NCBI GenBank assembly: GCA_963706595.1
Contig: OY970166.1
Coordinates: 32,001-96,000 of the forward strand
Direction: 5' to 3'
DNA length: 64,000 nt
Source of the DNA: an uncultured cyanobacterium
GTDB lineage: Bacteria; Cyanobacteriota; Cyanobacteriia; Cyanobacteriales; Nostocaceae
Positions 42,994 through 52,973 of this stretch are shown one piece after another (positions within the stretch are counted from its first letter, which is position 1; the number at the start of each line of letters is the position of its first letter). The notes beneath the pieces were generated by a model. The model saw only the letters and a program-made list of their open reading frames with translations. It did not search any database and was not told where the DNA came from. Made by a program: the position numbers and the translations under genes.

Positions 42994-43513
42994 TTGTAAC
43001 TCACCTCCTTTAATTGAATGTATTGTCATATAACGATTTACCATTTCTCAGTAGCCCGCAGCTAATATTTCATTGGTAACTGATATTTACCGGATAAACA
43101 CTTGAAAAAATTTGGTTAAATTGATCAAACAGACCTATCTCACAGATAAAACTAGAAGATTTTCACGTTAGAGCATCACTTATCTGCTCAATTCTCCAGA
43201 TTAAAATTACTCAGGTCTAATTTTGTCTCATTTTTTTGACTATGATGGTTGATTTCATTACACATTTAGTAGCAAAGATTCCATAGCTAATACTCCCTTA
43301 TGAGCCTCCGTTGACACTTACGCCAAAAGGAATATTTTTGGCATCCAAAGCGTAGAGATGTGATTTTACCTTGAAACTGCAAATTTGACCATGATTGAAA
43401 ACATATAAATAGTAGTGCTTCAATCTGCTTTTTTATACCTACGGCATAGTTTTTTAACACAACTAGATCAATTCCAGATTCGCCGCAGCTTACAGCAGAA
43501 AGCCGGGGAAAAT

Positions 43514-44039
43514 TTATGGCTGTAGATTTCCCATATCTAAAAACTCAATTTTGATTCGATCTCCATCCCGTAAATTTAATTCAGCAGCTCGTCCAGAACG
43601 TAGTTCAATCACCGTATCAATGGGAACATTCGGTCCAATAGGTTGGGCAAGGTTCACTCGTGCAGGGAGGTGCAGAATCTTGAATATACTTAATTACCCC
43701 ATTTTGTAAAAACACCATATCCAGAGGAACGGGGACATTTTTCATCCAAAATCTGACTGGTTGTGCAGAAGGAAACTGGAATAACATCCCCTGATTATCT
43801 GGTAAAGCCGGACGATACATTAAGCCCTTGGCCTGTTGTTCCGGTGTTCGTGCCACTTCCAATTGAATTCTCGTACCATTAGATACAATTGCTTCCGCAG
43901 AAATTGGGAGCATTTGACCAGTGAATGCTGTGGTTTGGCTGTTGGGGGTGGGTGTGGTTGATTGTGCTGGTGTTTCCATAGAACAGCCCATTAGTAAAAC
44001 ACTCAGTAGCATCGGGACTAAACTTAGCCAACGCATCAT
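43514..44039 (-). CDS. DUF192 domain lipoprotein, frameshifted near 43637
   Basis: LMGC lipobox, GLMYR, GMLF and FWMKN motifs; removing one T restores YGPNVPIDTVIELRSGRAAEL... to TAA at 43514. Confidence 0.8.
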
Positions 44040-44367
44040 ACAATTTTTGATTTTGTAATTTAATTTTCGATTGTACAGAACTTATGCCAAAAAGCACACG
44101 GAATTTAGTTGTTTTTTCTGTGTAGGGGTGAATTGTTAAATGGTGATTCTACAGGGATGGATCAGATTAATCTATCTAGCTGGGATCTGTAAGCGGATAG
44201 CAGATGATCAGCTAATATACTGATCCAGGTGGGCAGAATGCTCAACGCCACAAAAGATTTGTTTCTCCGCAATATGTAAATTAAATTTGGGTCAGTTGAG
44301 TGGATACCAGTGTCTCAAGTGAGATTTCCTCAAAATTCACAGTCTTCAGAAAACGGTTATCCCTGTA

Positions 44368-45039
44368 TTGGAGCTAAATATATGGAATTGTAGCTCTTCA
44401 GTTATGAGGTTATTGATGAAACTTAGAAAATTATTGCCGGAACTTTTTAAAACAAGTATAGAGAATGTAGCACATAAAAATATTCTCTCGCAGTTGGAAA
44501 AAAAAGTTTTAGCAGAAATGAATCAGGTCAGGATCTATCCTGCGGCATACCTCCCTATGCTGGAACACTGGAAACGGCAATTTCAAGGCACACAGGTGAG
44601 GATATCCGATAATATTTATTTGCAAACTCAAGAAGGAGTCAAAGCAGTTGATGAGGCGATCGCATTTCTCAAGTCAACTGATCCTGTGGCAGGATTAAGT
44701 ATATCTGTGGGAATGTCTTTAGGTGCGAGAGATCACGTCAAAGACCAAGGTGCAAAAGGCATCATAGGTCATGATGGTAGTGATGGTAGTAACCCATTTA
44801 CCCGCATCAACCGCTATGGGACATGGCAAATTACCGCAGGAGAAAACATCAGCTATGGTTCCAGCACAGCCGAAGATATTATCATGCAGTTAATTATTGA
44901 TGATGGCGTACCGTCGCGCGGTCATCGCCACAATATTTTTAACCCCGCCTTTAAAGTCGCTGGTGTAGCCTTTGGAATTCACAGCACATACAGGCAGATG
45001 TGCGTCATTACCTACGCTGGCGGATATACCGAGAACTAA
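44368..45039 (+). CDS. CAP/SCP domain protein (start probably near 44416)
   Basis: [15 protein letters not shown] and [16 protein letters not shown] motifs. Confidence 0.88.
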   Translation: MELNIWNCSSSVMRLLMKLRKLLPELFKTSIENVAHKNILSQLEKKVLAEMNQVRIYPAAYLPMLEHWKRQFQGTQVRISDNIYLQTQEGVKAVDEAIAFLKSTDPVAGLSISVGMSLGARDHVKDQGAKGIIGHDGSDGSNPFTRINRYGTWQITAGENISYGSSTAEDIIMQLIIDDGVPSRGHRHNIFNPAFKVAGVAFGIHSTYRQMCVITYAGGYTEN

Positions 45040-45078
45040 GGGACTTCCAATTAAAAAAATATTCCATTGCTGAGGTAG

Positions 45079-45372
45079 GCAGGGGAGAAGAGGCAGGGGG
45101 GCAGGGCGCAGGGTGCAGGGGAGAAGAGGCAGGGGGGCAGGGCGCAGGGTGCAGGGGAGAAGAGGCAGGGGGGCAGGGCGCAGGGTGCAGAGGGGAAATT
45201 AAGACTTCCCAATTCCCAATTCCCAATTCCCAATTCCCAATTCCCAATTCCCAATTCCCAATTCCCAATTCCCAATTCCCAATTCCCAACTCCCAATTCC
45301 CATTCCCCAACTCCCCACTCCCCATTCCCCACTCCCCACTCCCCACTCCCTACTCCCTACTCCCCACTCCCC
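45079..45372. repeat. compound tandem repeat: 36-bp unit x3, (AATTCCC)x11, then degenerate (ACTCCCC)n STRR
   Basis: Units counted directly: 45079-45186; 45211-45287; decaying heptamers to 45372. Confidence 0.92.
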
Positions 45373-45378
45373 AGCTAT

Positions 45379-46234
45379 ATGTCTGATATTTCCCCAACAG
45401 ACTGCAAACCTCAACGTCTACATCCAAGGTGAAGGATTCCCCATTCTCGGCTTACATGGTCATCCTGGTTCTGGTCGGAATCTTTCGGTTTTTACCAATC
45501 ACTTATCCCAGCGTTACCAAACCTTTGCCCCAGATTTACGTGGATACGGCAAAAGTCGCTGCAACGGCAATTTTGAGATGTTAGACCATTTGACCGACTT
45601 AGAAGCGCTTCTAGACCGCTATCAAATCGAAAAATGTCTCATATTGGGATGGTCACTGGGTGGGATTTTGGCGATGGAAATGGCCTTGCGACTACCAGAA
45701 CGGGTAACTGGTTTAATTTTGGTGGCGACAGCAGCTAGACCCCGTGGTAATCATCCCCCCATTAGTTGGCAGGATAATCTCTATACTGGGATTGCGGGGA
45801 TTGTGAATTATCTGCAACCGAGTTGGCAATGGAATATTGATACTTTTGGCAAGCGATCGCTCTTTCGTTATTTAATTCAACAACATACCCCCACGGCATA
45901 CAATTATCTTGCCCAGGAAGCAGCACAGGCTTATTTACAGACATCCTCTCCCGCAACTCGCGCCCTGTATACTGCCCTAAGATCCGGTTACAATCGGCTC
46001 ACAGATTTACAGCAAATTCACTGCCCTAGCTTAGTCCTAGCTGGAGAACAAGACCGTCATATCACAGCCGAATCAAGTTTAGAAACAGCGCGACACCTAA
46101 AAAATAACCAATACCATTCTTATCCCAATACCGCACATTTATTTCCGTGGGAGATTCCCCAACAGGTATTGGGTGACATTGATATTTGGCTAGAAGCACA
46201 TCCCCAGGTTACAAAATCTCTTCAAAGTTCGTAG
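45379..46234 (+). CDS. alpha/beta hydrolase; ATG 45379 is out of frame by one base at a C4 run
   Basis: The frame of ORF 45578 extends upstream through LHGHPG and PDLRGYG; GWSLGG nucleophile elbow; catalytic-type D and H in GEQD and TAHL. Confidence 0.85.
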
Positions 46235-46311
46235 TTGGGCTTTAGCCCTTCTTTGTGCGTGTCACTTCAGCTACAAGAGATGAGAGGACTAAAGTCCTCA
46301 CTACAAACTTT

Positions 46312-49300
46312 TCATTCCGATTCCGCTAACAATTCTAAAATCAATTGCAGAGGAATATCCACATAATCGGGACGATGATTAAGTTCATGTTCAAGCGCCT
46401 CAATAGCCTTTTCCAACAGATAGGCAAAAAGCAGTAATTGTAATTCCCCCTGCGTCCTGGGTAAAAACTCATTTTTCCCAGCAGTTTCTAAATAAGAATT
46501 GCAAAAAGCAGCACTCACCCAGGTATACCAAAACTGCGCCCATTCTTCCATCAGAGGCAGACTTTCCAGACGAATCATGCCAGTTTCTAGTTCATAGCGC
46601 AAAGCTTGAGTCACCGCATAATTAAAGGATACCAGGATTCGGGCAACATCTCTTAAAGGCGATCGCTTGCGGCGGCGTTCACTCAAACTGCGAGCTGCTT
46701 TACCTTCAAAATGAGTAATAATAAAGTCTTTGCCAGTGTACAACACTTGCCCCAAATGATAATCACCATGATAACGAGTTCGTTTGGCGATAATTTTTTG
46801 ATTTACAACTAACTGGAAACGTGCCAAAATCTCTTGTTGCTGATTGAGAACATCTGCTGCTAATTCCTGGATATGAGATGGTAAATATTCTGCCCGTTCT
46901 CTTAGCAATCGGAAAACTCGCCCGGTCAGGTTGCGCGCATCTTGATAGATAGAACGTTGATAAAATGATGAAAAAGGTTCTGGGGCAAAATCGGGATTAT
47001 CTGTATTTGTAGCCAACGCAATATGCAGTTCAGCTGTAGATTTACCCAACATTTCCGCATTGGGGAGGTAGGAATTAATGGTTTGGTTAGCCAAGTCGGG
47101 AATATCAGTTCTCTGTAAATCCAGTAGAGAACCTGATGGAATAGGAACTTCGGTAATAGTTGCCTGTTCTGTAGTTACAAGATCAAAATAATGACGCAGG
47201 CTATCCAAAGTGTAATCCCAGCCACTGCGAGTATTTAGAATCAACTCTTGTAATATGCCTACAGTCATCGGTAGGGCGGAACTATCGCCAAATCTATCGG
47301 GGCGACGGTACTCTAAAGCCCCAGCCACAGGTAGAAAATGTTGCAAGCGTTTTTTCTCGCCCAAGAAACGCCGAATTTCTAAATCCGGGTGCATACCTGC
47401 TTCAAATTTACGGAAGAGTTTCAAACACAGATCGCCGGATACTATATAAGTATTGGTTTGTTCTTCTTCTTCAACAATAGTTGGATGATTATCGGTGTCC
47501 TCTGAGTATAACTGTGAGCATAAATCAGTGGTTGTGGCAAATAATTCTCCTGTTATTCCTTTATATATACGATGATCTGCTATAGCCTCTAATAATGCAG
47601 TCAGAAAATTTTGATCTACTAAAGCATCAAATAAAATTCCCGTTTCTGGAGTTTCCCTTTGTACTTGCAGACGTGAAATTACAGCTTGGGGCATTTCTGA
47701 CAACAGGTGCATTGCTTGATTATCTGCTGCATAACCCAGAAATAAGAGATACGTTTCGCGGTTTCTGTCGATGTAATCTACCTGCAACCACACCATCTGG
47801 GCTAATTGCTGATTGTAGGGTATGGCGATCGCTTCGACAATTTCTACTGATTGCACAGTTTGGTTTTTACCACCAAACCATTTACAGGTATATAGATAAT
47901 CTCGCAGTGTTGATTCCAGAACACCTTTTAAATCTCGTTGTGAAATCACATTTTGCCACTGTTCATTCACAACTAGTGTGGGTAACTCAGCTTGGGGTTT
48001 CGGCGGTTGAGTCAAACTAGGTTTACGTTTGAGGATAAACCAGTAAAATCCGTAGGGACTCAGACTAAGAAAATAAGGCGATTCTCCAATGGGTGGAAAC
48101 TCCGTGTAACCAAAAATTTCCACTGGGACTAATCCATTGAAGTCTGATAAATCTAATTCTGCTGTCTGCACATAATGAGATAAATTAGCGACTACCACGA
48201 TATGTTCTTCAGCATAGGTGCGGCTGAAAGCAAAAACTTTGCGGTTATTGGGGTGTAATAATTCAAAGTTGCCTTTACCCAAAGCCTGAAATCGGTTACG
48301 AGTCGCAATCAACCGTTTCATCCAATACCAGAGAGAATTAAAGTTAGCCCGTTGTGCTTCCACATTGACTGCTTCATAGTGATATTCTGAGTCAATAATC
48401 ACGGGTAAATGTAAGCGTTGGGGATTAGTGCGACTAAAACCAGCGTTACGGTCAGAACTCCACTGCATGGGAGTCCTTACACCATTGCGATCGCCTAAAT
48501 AAACATTATCACCCATGCCAATTTCATCACCATAATAAATTACCGGTGTTCCTGGCAGGGACAATAACAAACTATTGAGTAATTCGATTTGACGGCGGTC
48601 ATTGCCTAATAATGGTGCTAATCGGCGACGAATACCTAAATTTAACCTCATTACCGGGTCTTGGGCATAAACCCGATACATAAAATCTCGGTCTTCATCT
48701 GTAACCATTTCTAAGGTCAATTCATCATGATTACGCAAAAACAAAGCCCATTGACAGTTATCAGGAATATGGGGAGTTTGTTGGAGAATATCCACAATGG
48801 GAAAATTGTCTTCCATCTGGAGGGCGATAAATAAGCGCGGCATCAGAGGAAAATGAAAGTTCATGTGACATTCATTACCATCCCCATAATATTGGGCGGC
48901 ATCCTCTGGCCATTGATTAGCTTCAGCTAAGAGCATTTTTTGCGGATGTTTCGCGTCAATGTGCGATCGCATCTCTTTCAAAAAAGCATGAGTTTCCGGT
49001 AGATTTTCGCAGTTCGTTCCTTCCCTTTCATACAAATAAGGCACTGCATCCATGCGTAATCCATCTACGCCCATTTCTAACCAAAAATCTAAGACATCAA
49101 ATACTGCTTCCCTAACCAGAGGATGATCATAATTTAAATCTGGCTGATGAGAGTAGAAACGATGCCAGTAATAAGCTTTGGCTACTGCATCCCAAGCCCA
49201 ATTAGAAGTTTCAAAATCTTGAAAAATAATTCGCGCTTCTGCGTATTTTTCCGGCGTATCACTCCACACATAAAAATCACGTTCTTGACTGCCTTTGGGG

Positions 49301-49671
49301 GCGCGACGTGCGCGTTGAAACCAAGGATGTTGATCAGATGTATGGTTAATAATTAACTCAATAATTACCCTAATACCACGCTGATGAGCAGCAGTCAATA
49401 ACTTTTTAAAGTCTTCTAATGTGCCATAAATGGGGTTAATACTGGTATAATCAGCAATATCATAACCATCATCTTTCAATGGTGACGGAAAAAATGGTAG
49501 TAACCAAATAGCAGTAATACCTAAATCTTGCAAGTAATCTAGTTTTTCTGTCAGTCCCCGCAAGTCACCAATTCCATCACCATTACTGTCAGCATAAGCG
49601 CGAATAGGTACTTCGTAAATAATCGCGTTTTTAAACCATAATGGATCATCTTTCAAGATTAAATTTGACAT
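46312..49671 (-). CDS. treS: trehalose synthase (maltose alpha-D-glucosyltransferase) fused to a maltokinase-like domain
   Basis: GH13 motifs NHTSDQH, RMDAVP, AEANQ and RNHDE; C-terminal HGDYHLGQVL kinase-like domain. Confidence 0.95.
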   Translation of the reverse strand: MSNLILKDDPLWFKNAIIYEVPIRAYADSNGDGIGDLRGLTEKLDYLQDLGITAIWLLPFFPSPLKDDGYDIADYTSINPIYGTLEDFKKLLTAAHQRGIRVIIELIINHTSDQHPWFQRARRAPKGSQERDFYVWSDTPEKYAEARIIFQDFETSNWAWDAVAKAYYWHRFYSHQPDLNYDHPLVREAVFDVLDFWLEMGVDGLRMDAVPYLYEREGTNCENLPETHAFLKEMRSHIDAKHPQKMLLAEANQWPEDAAQYYGDGNECHMNFHFPLMPRLFIALQMEDNFPIVDILQQTPHIPDNCQWALFLRNHDELTLEMVTDEDRDFMYRVYAQDPVMRLNLGIRRRLAPLLGNDRRQIELLNSLLLSLPGTPVIYYGDEIGMGDNVYLGDRNGVRTPMQWSSDRNAGFSRTNPQRLHLPVIIDSEYHYEAVNVEAQRANFNSLWYWMKRLIATRNRFQALGKGNFELLHPNNRKVFAFSRTYAEEHIVVVANLSHYVQTAELDLSDFNGLVPVEIFGYTEFPPIGESPYFLSLSPYGFYWFILKRKPSLTQPPKPQAELPTLVVNEQWQNVISQRDLKGVLESTLRDYLYTCKWFGGKNQTVQSVEIVEAIAIPYNQQLAQMVWLQVDYIDRNRETYLLFLGYAADNQAMHLLSEMPQAVISRLQVQRETPETGILFDALVDQNFLTALLEAIADHRIYKGITGELFATTTDLCSQLYSEDTDNHPTIVEEEEQTNTYIVSGDLCLKLFRKFEAGMHPDLEIRRFLGEKKRLQHFLPVAGALEYRRPDRFGDSSALPMTVGILQELILNTRSGWDYTLDSLRHYFDLVTTEQATITEVPIPSGSLLDLQRTDIPDLANQTINSYLPNAEMLGKSTAELHIALATNTDNPDFAPEPFSSFYQRSIYQDARNLTGRVFRLLRERAEYLPSHIQELAADVLNQQQEILARFQLVVNQKIIAKRTRYHGDYHLGQVLYTGKDFIITHFEGKAARSLSERRRKRSPLRDVARILVSFNYAVTQALRYELETGMIRLESLPLMEEWAQFWYTWVSAAFCNSYLETAGKNEFLPRTQGELQLLLFAYLLEKAIEALEHELNHRPDYVDIPLQLILELLAESE

Positions 49672-49880
49672 TTGATCTAGTTCGATAAATCTAAAAATAG
49701 GTTTTCAGGTGGAATCATTAACCCAAATTCCGGAATAATTTCTGATAATTGCGAGTTAAAACTGTGATTAGAGACTTGATGTACTCACAAAATAGCCAAA
49801 ATGATCACTTTATCCATCTAGCAGAAGTAAGAACAATCAATCAATCAATAAATTAAATTATGTTAATTTTCGTAAAAATA

Positions 49881-49973
49881 CAGGACTTACGCAAAAACTC
49901 TCTCAAACCTTTATTCCTCTGTGTTCTCTGCGTCTCTGTGGTTCGTTATTCCGTAATTTGCGCGTAAGTCCTA
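49881..49973. repeat. MITE with AGGACTTACGC terminal inverted repeats
   Basis: CAGGACTTACGC ... GCGTAAGTCCTA. Confidence 0.75.
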
Positions 49974-49987
49974 AAATATTCTCATCA

Positions 49988-50076
49988 ACATCTCCGAAAA
50001 AGAATATAGAGACGTTCTATAGAACGTCTCTACAAGGGTTCACCGCAGACGCATATTTAAATTCGGTCGATGTCTA
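49988..50076. repeat. MITE/REP element containing AGAGACGTT-CTATAG-AACGTCTCT
   Basis: Imperfect TIR ACATCTCCGAA / TTCGGTCGATGT; similar palindrome at about 19143-19168. Confidence 0.6.
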
Positions 50077-50171
50077 ATGGAGTTTGTAGTAACGGTTGAA
50101 GCATCGCTTCCAAATCTGGTTATATAGCTAACTACGTACTAAATAACAACTCAATTACTTCTATGCTTTGT

Positions 50172-51212
50172 TTATAAATCTTTCAGCAATTCAATCACAT
50201 GAGATTCAAATCCGGCGGTACGTTTGTGAATTGTTTCAATCACCGGAATTGATAATGTACTAGGAAAATTAATCACGAAATTGCCTATCTGTATACCTAG
50301 AGGGCGTAAATGTCCACCGGGTAATTCTTGCCAAAATTCTTGCGGTGGTTTTCTCAAAGTATTGATAAACCAATCACAAGTATCACGAGCAATATTATCT
50401 GATTTAAAGCGCAGTATAGCCAGTAAATTAAATAAATTACTATCCTTAATTAAGGCATAGGTTTCTGCCGGTGTTGGTTTGACATCAAAACCAATTTTAG
50501 TAATGAAGTCAGCTAAAAATTTAGGTTTAATCGCACTATCAAGACCTGTATTCACAGGAGCTAATAATACAGATGCTTGTCCTTTAATAAAGATACTGGC
50601 AATTGTGACTTTTGGATCATTTGAGGCTATTTTTTGAGAATTTGTATCTGGCTTTAGGTAAAATTTCACCAGTTCAATAGTTTTGTCCCGTTGGTGCTGA
50701 ATGTCATTAATTAATATCTCTAAATCTGTAACTATGCTTTTGATTTTACGCTCATTTTTTTGACTATTTGATGTATCTGATGTTTCTAACACTAACTGAC
50801 GAATAAATCTTTCTAGTGCTTCTGACTCAGTAGGTAAAGCAGTAAATCCTTCTAACAGAGAAATATACTTACAGCCAATGCTATGTCCCAGCCATGAAAA
50901 GTTAGTATCATTTAGATAAACGTGACAATCATAACCTAACAATTTAGACCTTCTCACAAGTTCGGGGATGATTTCATATTGTTCTCTAATGAGAAAGCCA
51001 GCTTCTTCATAGTGGTTAAAAGTGAAGTTAAAGGGAAGAATAATGATTGTATATTGCTGCTCGAATAAAGTTTTCAATAAATGTTGATAAAACAGCATGG
51101 GGACAAATGTCCCAAAGAAAGCCCCACCAATAAATTGAATGACTCCTTTCGGTTGGGGATGTAGAGCAACCCAACTGTGAGAAACTGGTTGAAATTTCAT
51201 TTTTGATTTCAT
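50172..51212 (-). CDS. DUF1350 family alpha/beta hydrolase-like protein
   Basis: PKGVIQFIGGAF, WLGHSIGCK nucleophile motif, PTPAET and LPGGHL motifs. Confidence 0.82.
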   Translation of the reverse strand: MKSKMKFQPVSHSWVALHPQPKGVIQFIGGAFFGTFVPMLFYQHLLKTLFEQQYTIIILPFNFTFNHYEEAGFLIREQYEIIPELVRRSKLLGYDCHVYLNDTNFSWLGHSIGCKYISLLEGFTALPTESEALERFIRQLVLETSDTSNSQKNERKIKSIVTDLEILINDIQHQRDKTIELVKFYLKPDTNSQKIASNDPKVTIASIFIKGQASVLLAPVNTGLDSAIKPKFLADFITKIGFDVKPTPAETYALIKDSNLFNLLAILRFKSDNIARDTCDWFINTLRKPPQEFWQELPGGHLRPLGIQIGNFVINFPSTLSIPVIETIHKRTAGFESHVIELLKDL

Positions 51213-51373
51213 GGTATTTCTAATTTGGTAATCAGATAACTAAATATTTTGGTTATTCTGGCTGATAATTGAACTGGCGGTTTTCGGTTGAGTGAGGTAG
51301 AAGAACCTTCTCCCCGCCAGCGAGGCTAAGATGTACATACCAGTAAGAAAGTCTCACCCACATTGCTTTGAAG

Positions 51374-51477
51374 CTAGTACAAGTCGGCGTAAATAAACAG
51401 ACCATTCAAAATCCGTGAAAAGCCCATTTTATAAGCTTTTTGACTTTTGACTTTTGACTTCCGCCCTGCGGTACTAG
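51374..51477. repeat. CTAG-ended MITE with (TTTTGAC)n
   Basis: CTAGTAC...GTACTAG ends; related inverted copy at 61884-62011. Confidence 0.72.
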
Positions 51478-51542
51478 GATGGTGCGTTGCGCTAGGCGAC
51501 AACACACCCTACAAAACTTTCTCTGCCTTTTCGGTCAGAGGC

Positions 51543-52223
51543 TTACTCTAGTTTGTCGAGGCGCTCAAACATTAAGTCCAGTAATTCTTGTTGATCATTT
51601 GTTGAAGTAGAGTTATCGCCTAATTGAGCGGCTACTAAATCTTTCGGAACAAATAGAGATTTTAAACTCAGGAAACTACCACCACTAGCTGTGGGTAGAC
51701 TGTAAGCGATTTGATCAAAGTCAGGAAGTATCTGACTAAGATCGTTGGGTAGGAAGGTTCCCCGTTGCTCAGGAGTAACTAGCAGCTCATAAGTTGGTCC
51801 TCTCAAAGCCAATCTAGAGATGTTGACATACCCACGAATTTCTAAATCTTTTACTCCTTTTAAAAAGTCTAAATTATTCAGATCAGGTAGTAAGGTAACT
51901 AATGCTGTATCGTGAGCCGGAATCCTCAGATCGAAAGTAAATCGTTTAGGATCTGCTGTTGGTTTCAAATCAACAAAGTTATTCACACCAAAAATATCGG
52001 CTGCTATCACAGTGTCATCTAGATTTAAATTTGGTGTTGTTGCTATAAATTCTAGTCTTAATCTGGCAACAGCATTAGTAGTATTAGCAATGGTTAAAAA
52101 GTAACCTTGAACAACTCTACGAGCAACTTTTTCGATTTGGTCTGCAATCGCTGGGGGTAAGACAACTGTAGGAGCAGGAGCAATTGGCTTCACAAGTAAT
52201 TCAAATGTTGAAACTAGTGGCAT
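51543..52223 (-). CDS. hypothetical protein of unknown function
   Basis: 226-aa ORF with GGAG RBS; beta-rich; no family recognised. Confidence 0.75.
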   Translation of the reverse strand: MPLVSTFELLVKPIAPAPTVVLPPAIADQIEKVARRVVQGYFLTIANTTNAVARLRLEFIATTPNLNLDDTVIAADIFGVNNFVDLKPTADPKRFTFDLRIPAHDTALVTLLPDLNNLDFLKGVKDLEIRGYVNISRLALRGPTYELLVTPEQRGTFLPNDLSQILPDFDQIAYSLPTASGGSFLSLKSLFVPKDLVAAQLGDNSTSTNDQQELLDLMFERLDKLE

Positions 52224-52471
52224 GATTTTTTCTCCAGAAAATGTAGTTTATGTCTCAAAGTTTGTAATAATTACCATTGCTTAAAGAATGGCAATTATTA
52301 CGAAATTGATGTAATTTGGTAGCTGAAAAATTCTTTTTTAGCTACTAGTTATTCCACAAATTTATATTTTTTATTTACGCAAGATTTGTAATTTTCGTAA
52401 TATTTCTTTACAAAGACTGGCTGTGGGCGATCGCATTATCCTCAAATGCCCTATTAGTGGCAGCAAGGAGA

Positions 52472-52500
52472 GCGTTGGCGTAGCCCGTCGTAGACATCGC
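52472..52500. repeat. SDR5-type 21-nt element inserted in a HIP1 site
   Basis: GCG[TTGGCGTAGCCCGTCGTAGAC]ATCGC; removing the 21 nt restores GCGATCGC. Confidence 0.8.
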
Positions 52501-52973
52501 TCTTTTCAATCTCTATACTTGTGCTTAAATAATCTCGCACCCAGTCACAGCCGGATTTTACCCAACTGTCGGAAGCGATAGATATAAAATGGTGAATTTG
52601 GCGCAAGTTGTCCCTTCAGAGGAATTTGGCGCATGAATGCTGCTGTTGCTGTATTTTTCGTCCTCTAAAATAAGTTTCTATTTTGGATAGTTAAGTTGCG
52701 GGCTTAAACTTCTATCAATTTTGGCAAGTTATAATTTTTAGTGTAAAAATTAAATCAGTCCCCAATCAGTGCGTAGGCAATAATCAATTCCAGAAATTCA
52801 AATATGTTAAGCAATGTAGAAGTATAAAATCCTCACTAAAAGCTCTAGTGCTTTTGCTCAGGGTGCAAGATGAAGCAGCTTTAATGATTGACAAACATTA
52901 ATACTGATCCCTGCTGTCGTTTGTCAAGTTTGCCTAAAATTTACTGCCAATTATCAAGCTGAATATTTTAAAT

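Noticed and set aside
45000..45414. Four overlapping ORFs with SQFPIPN / GNWELGI repeats
   Set aside because: Stop-free translations of STRR heptamers, a known annotation artefact.
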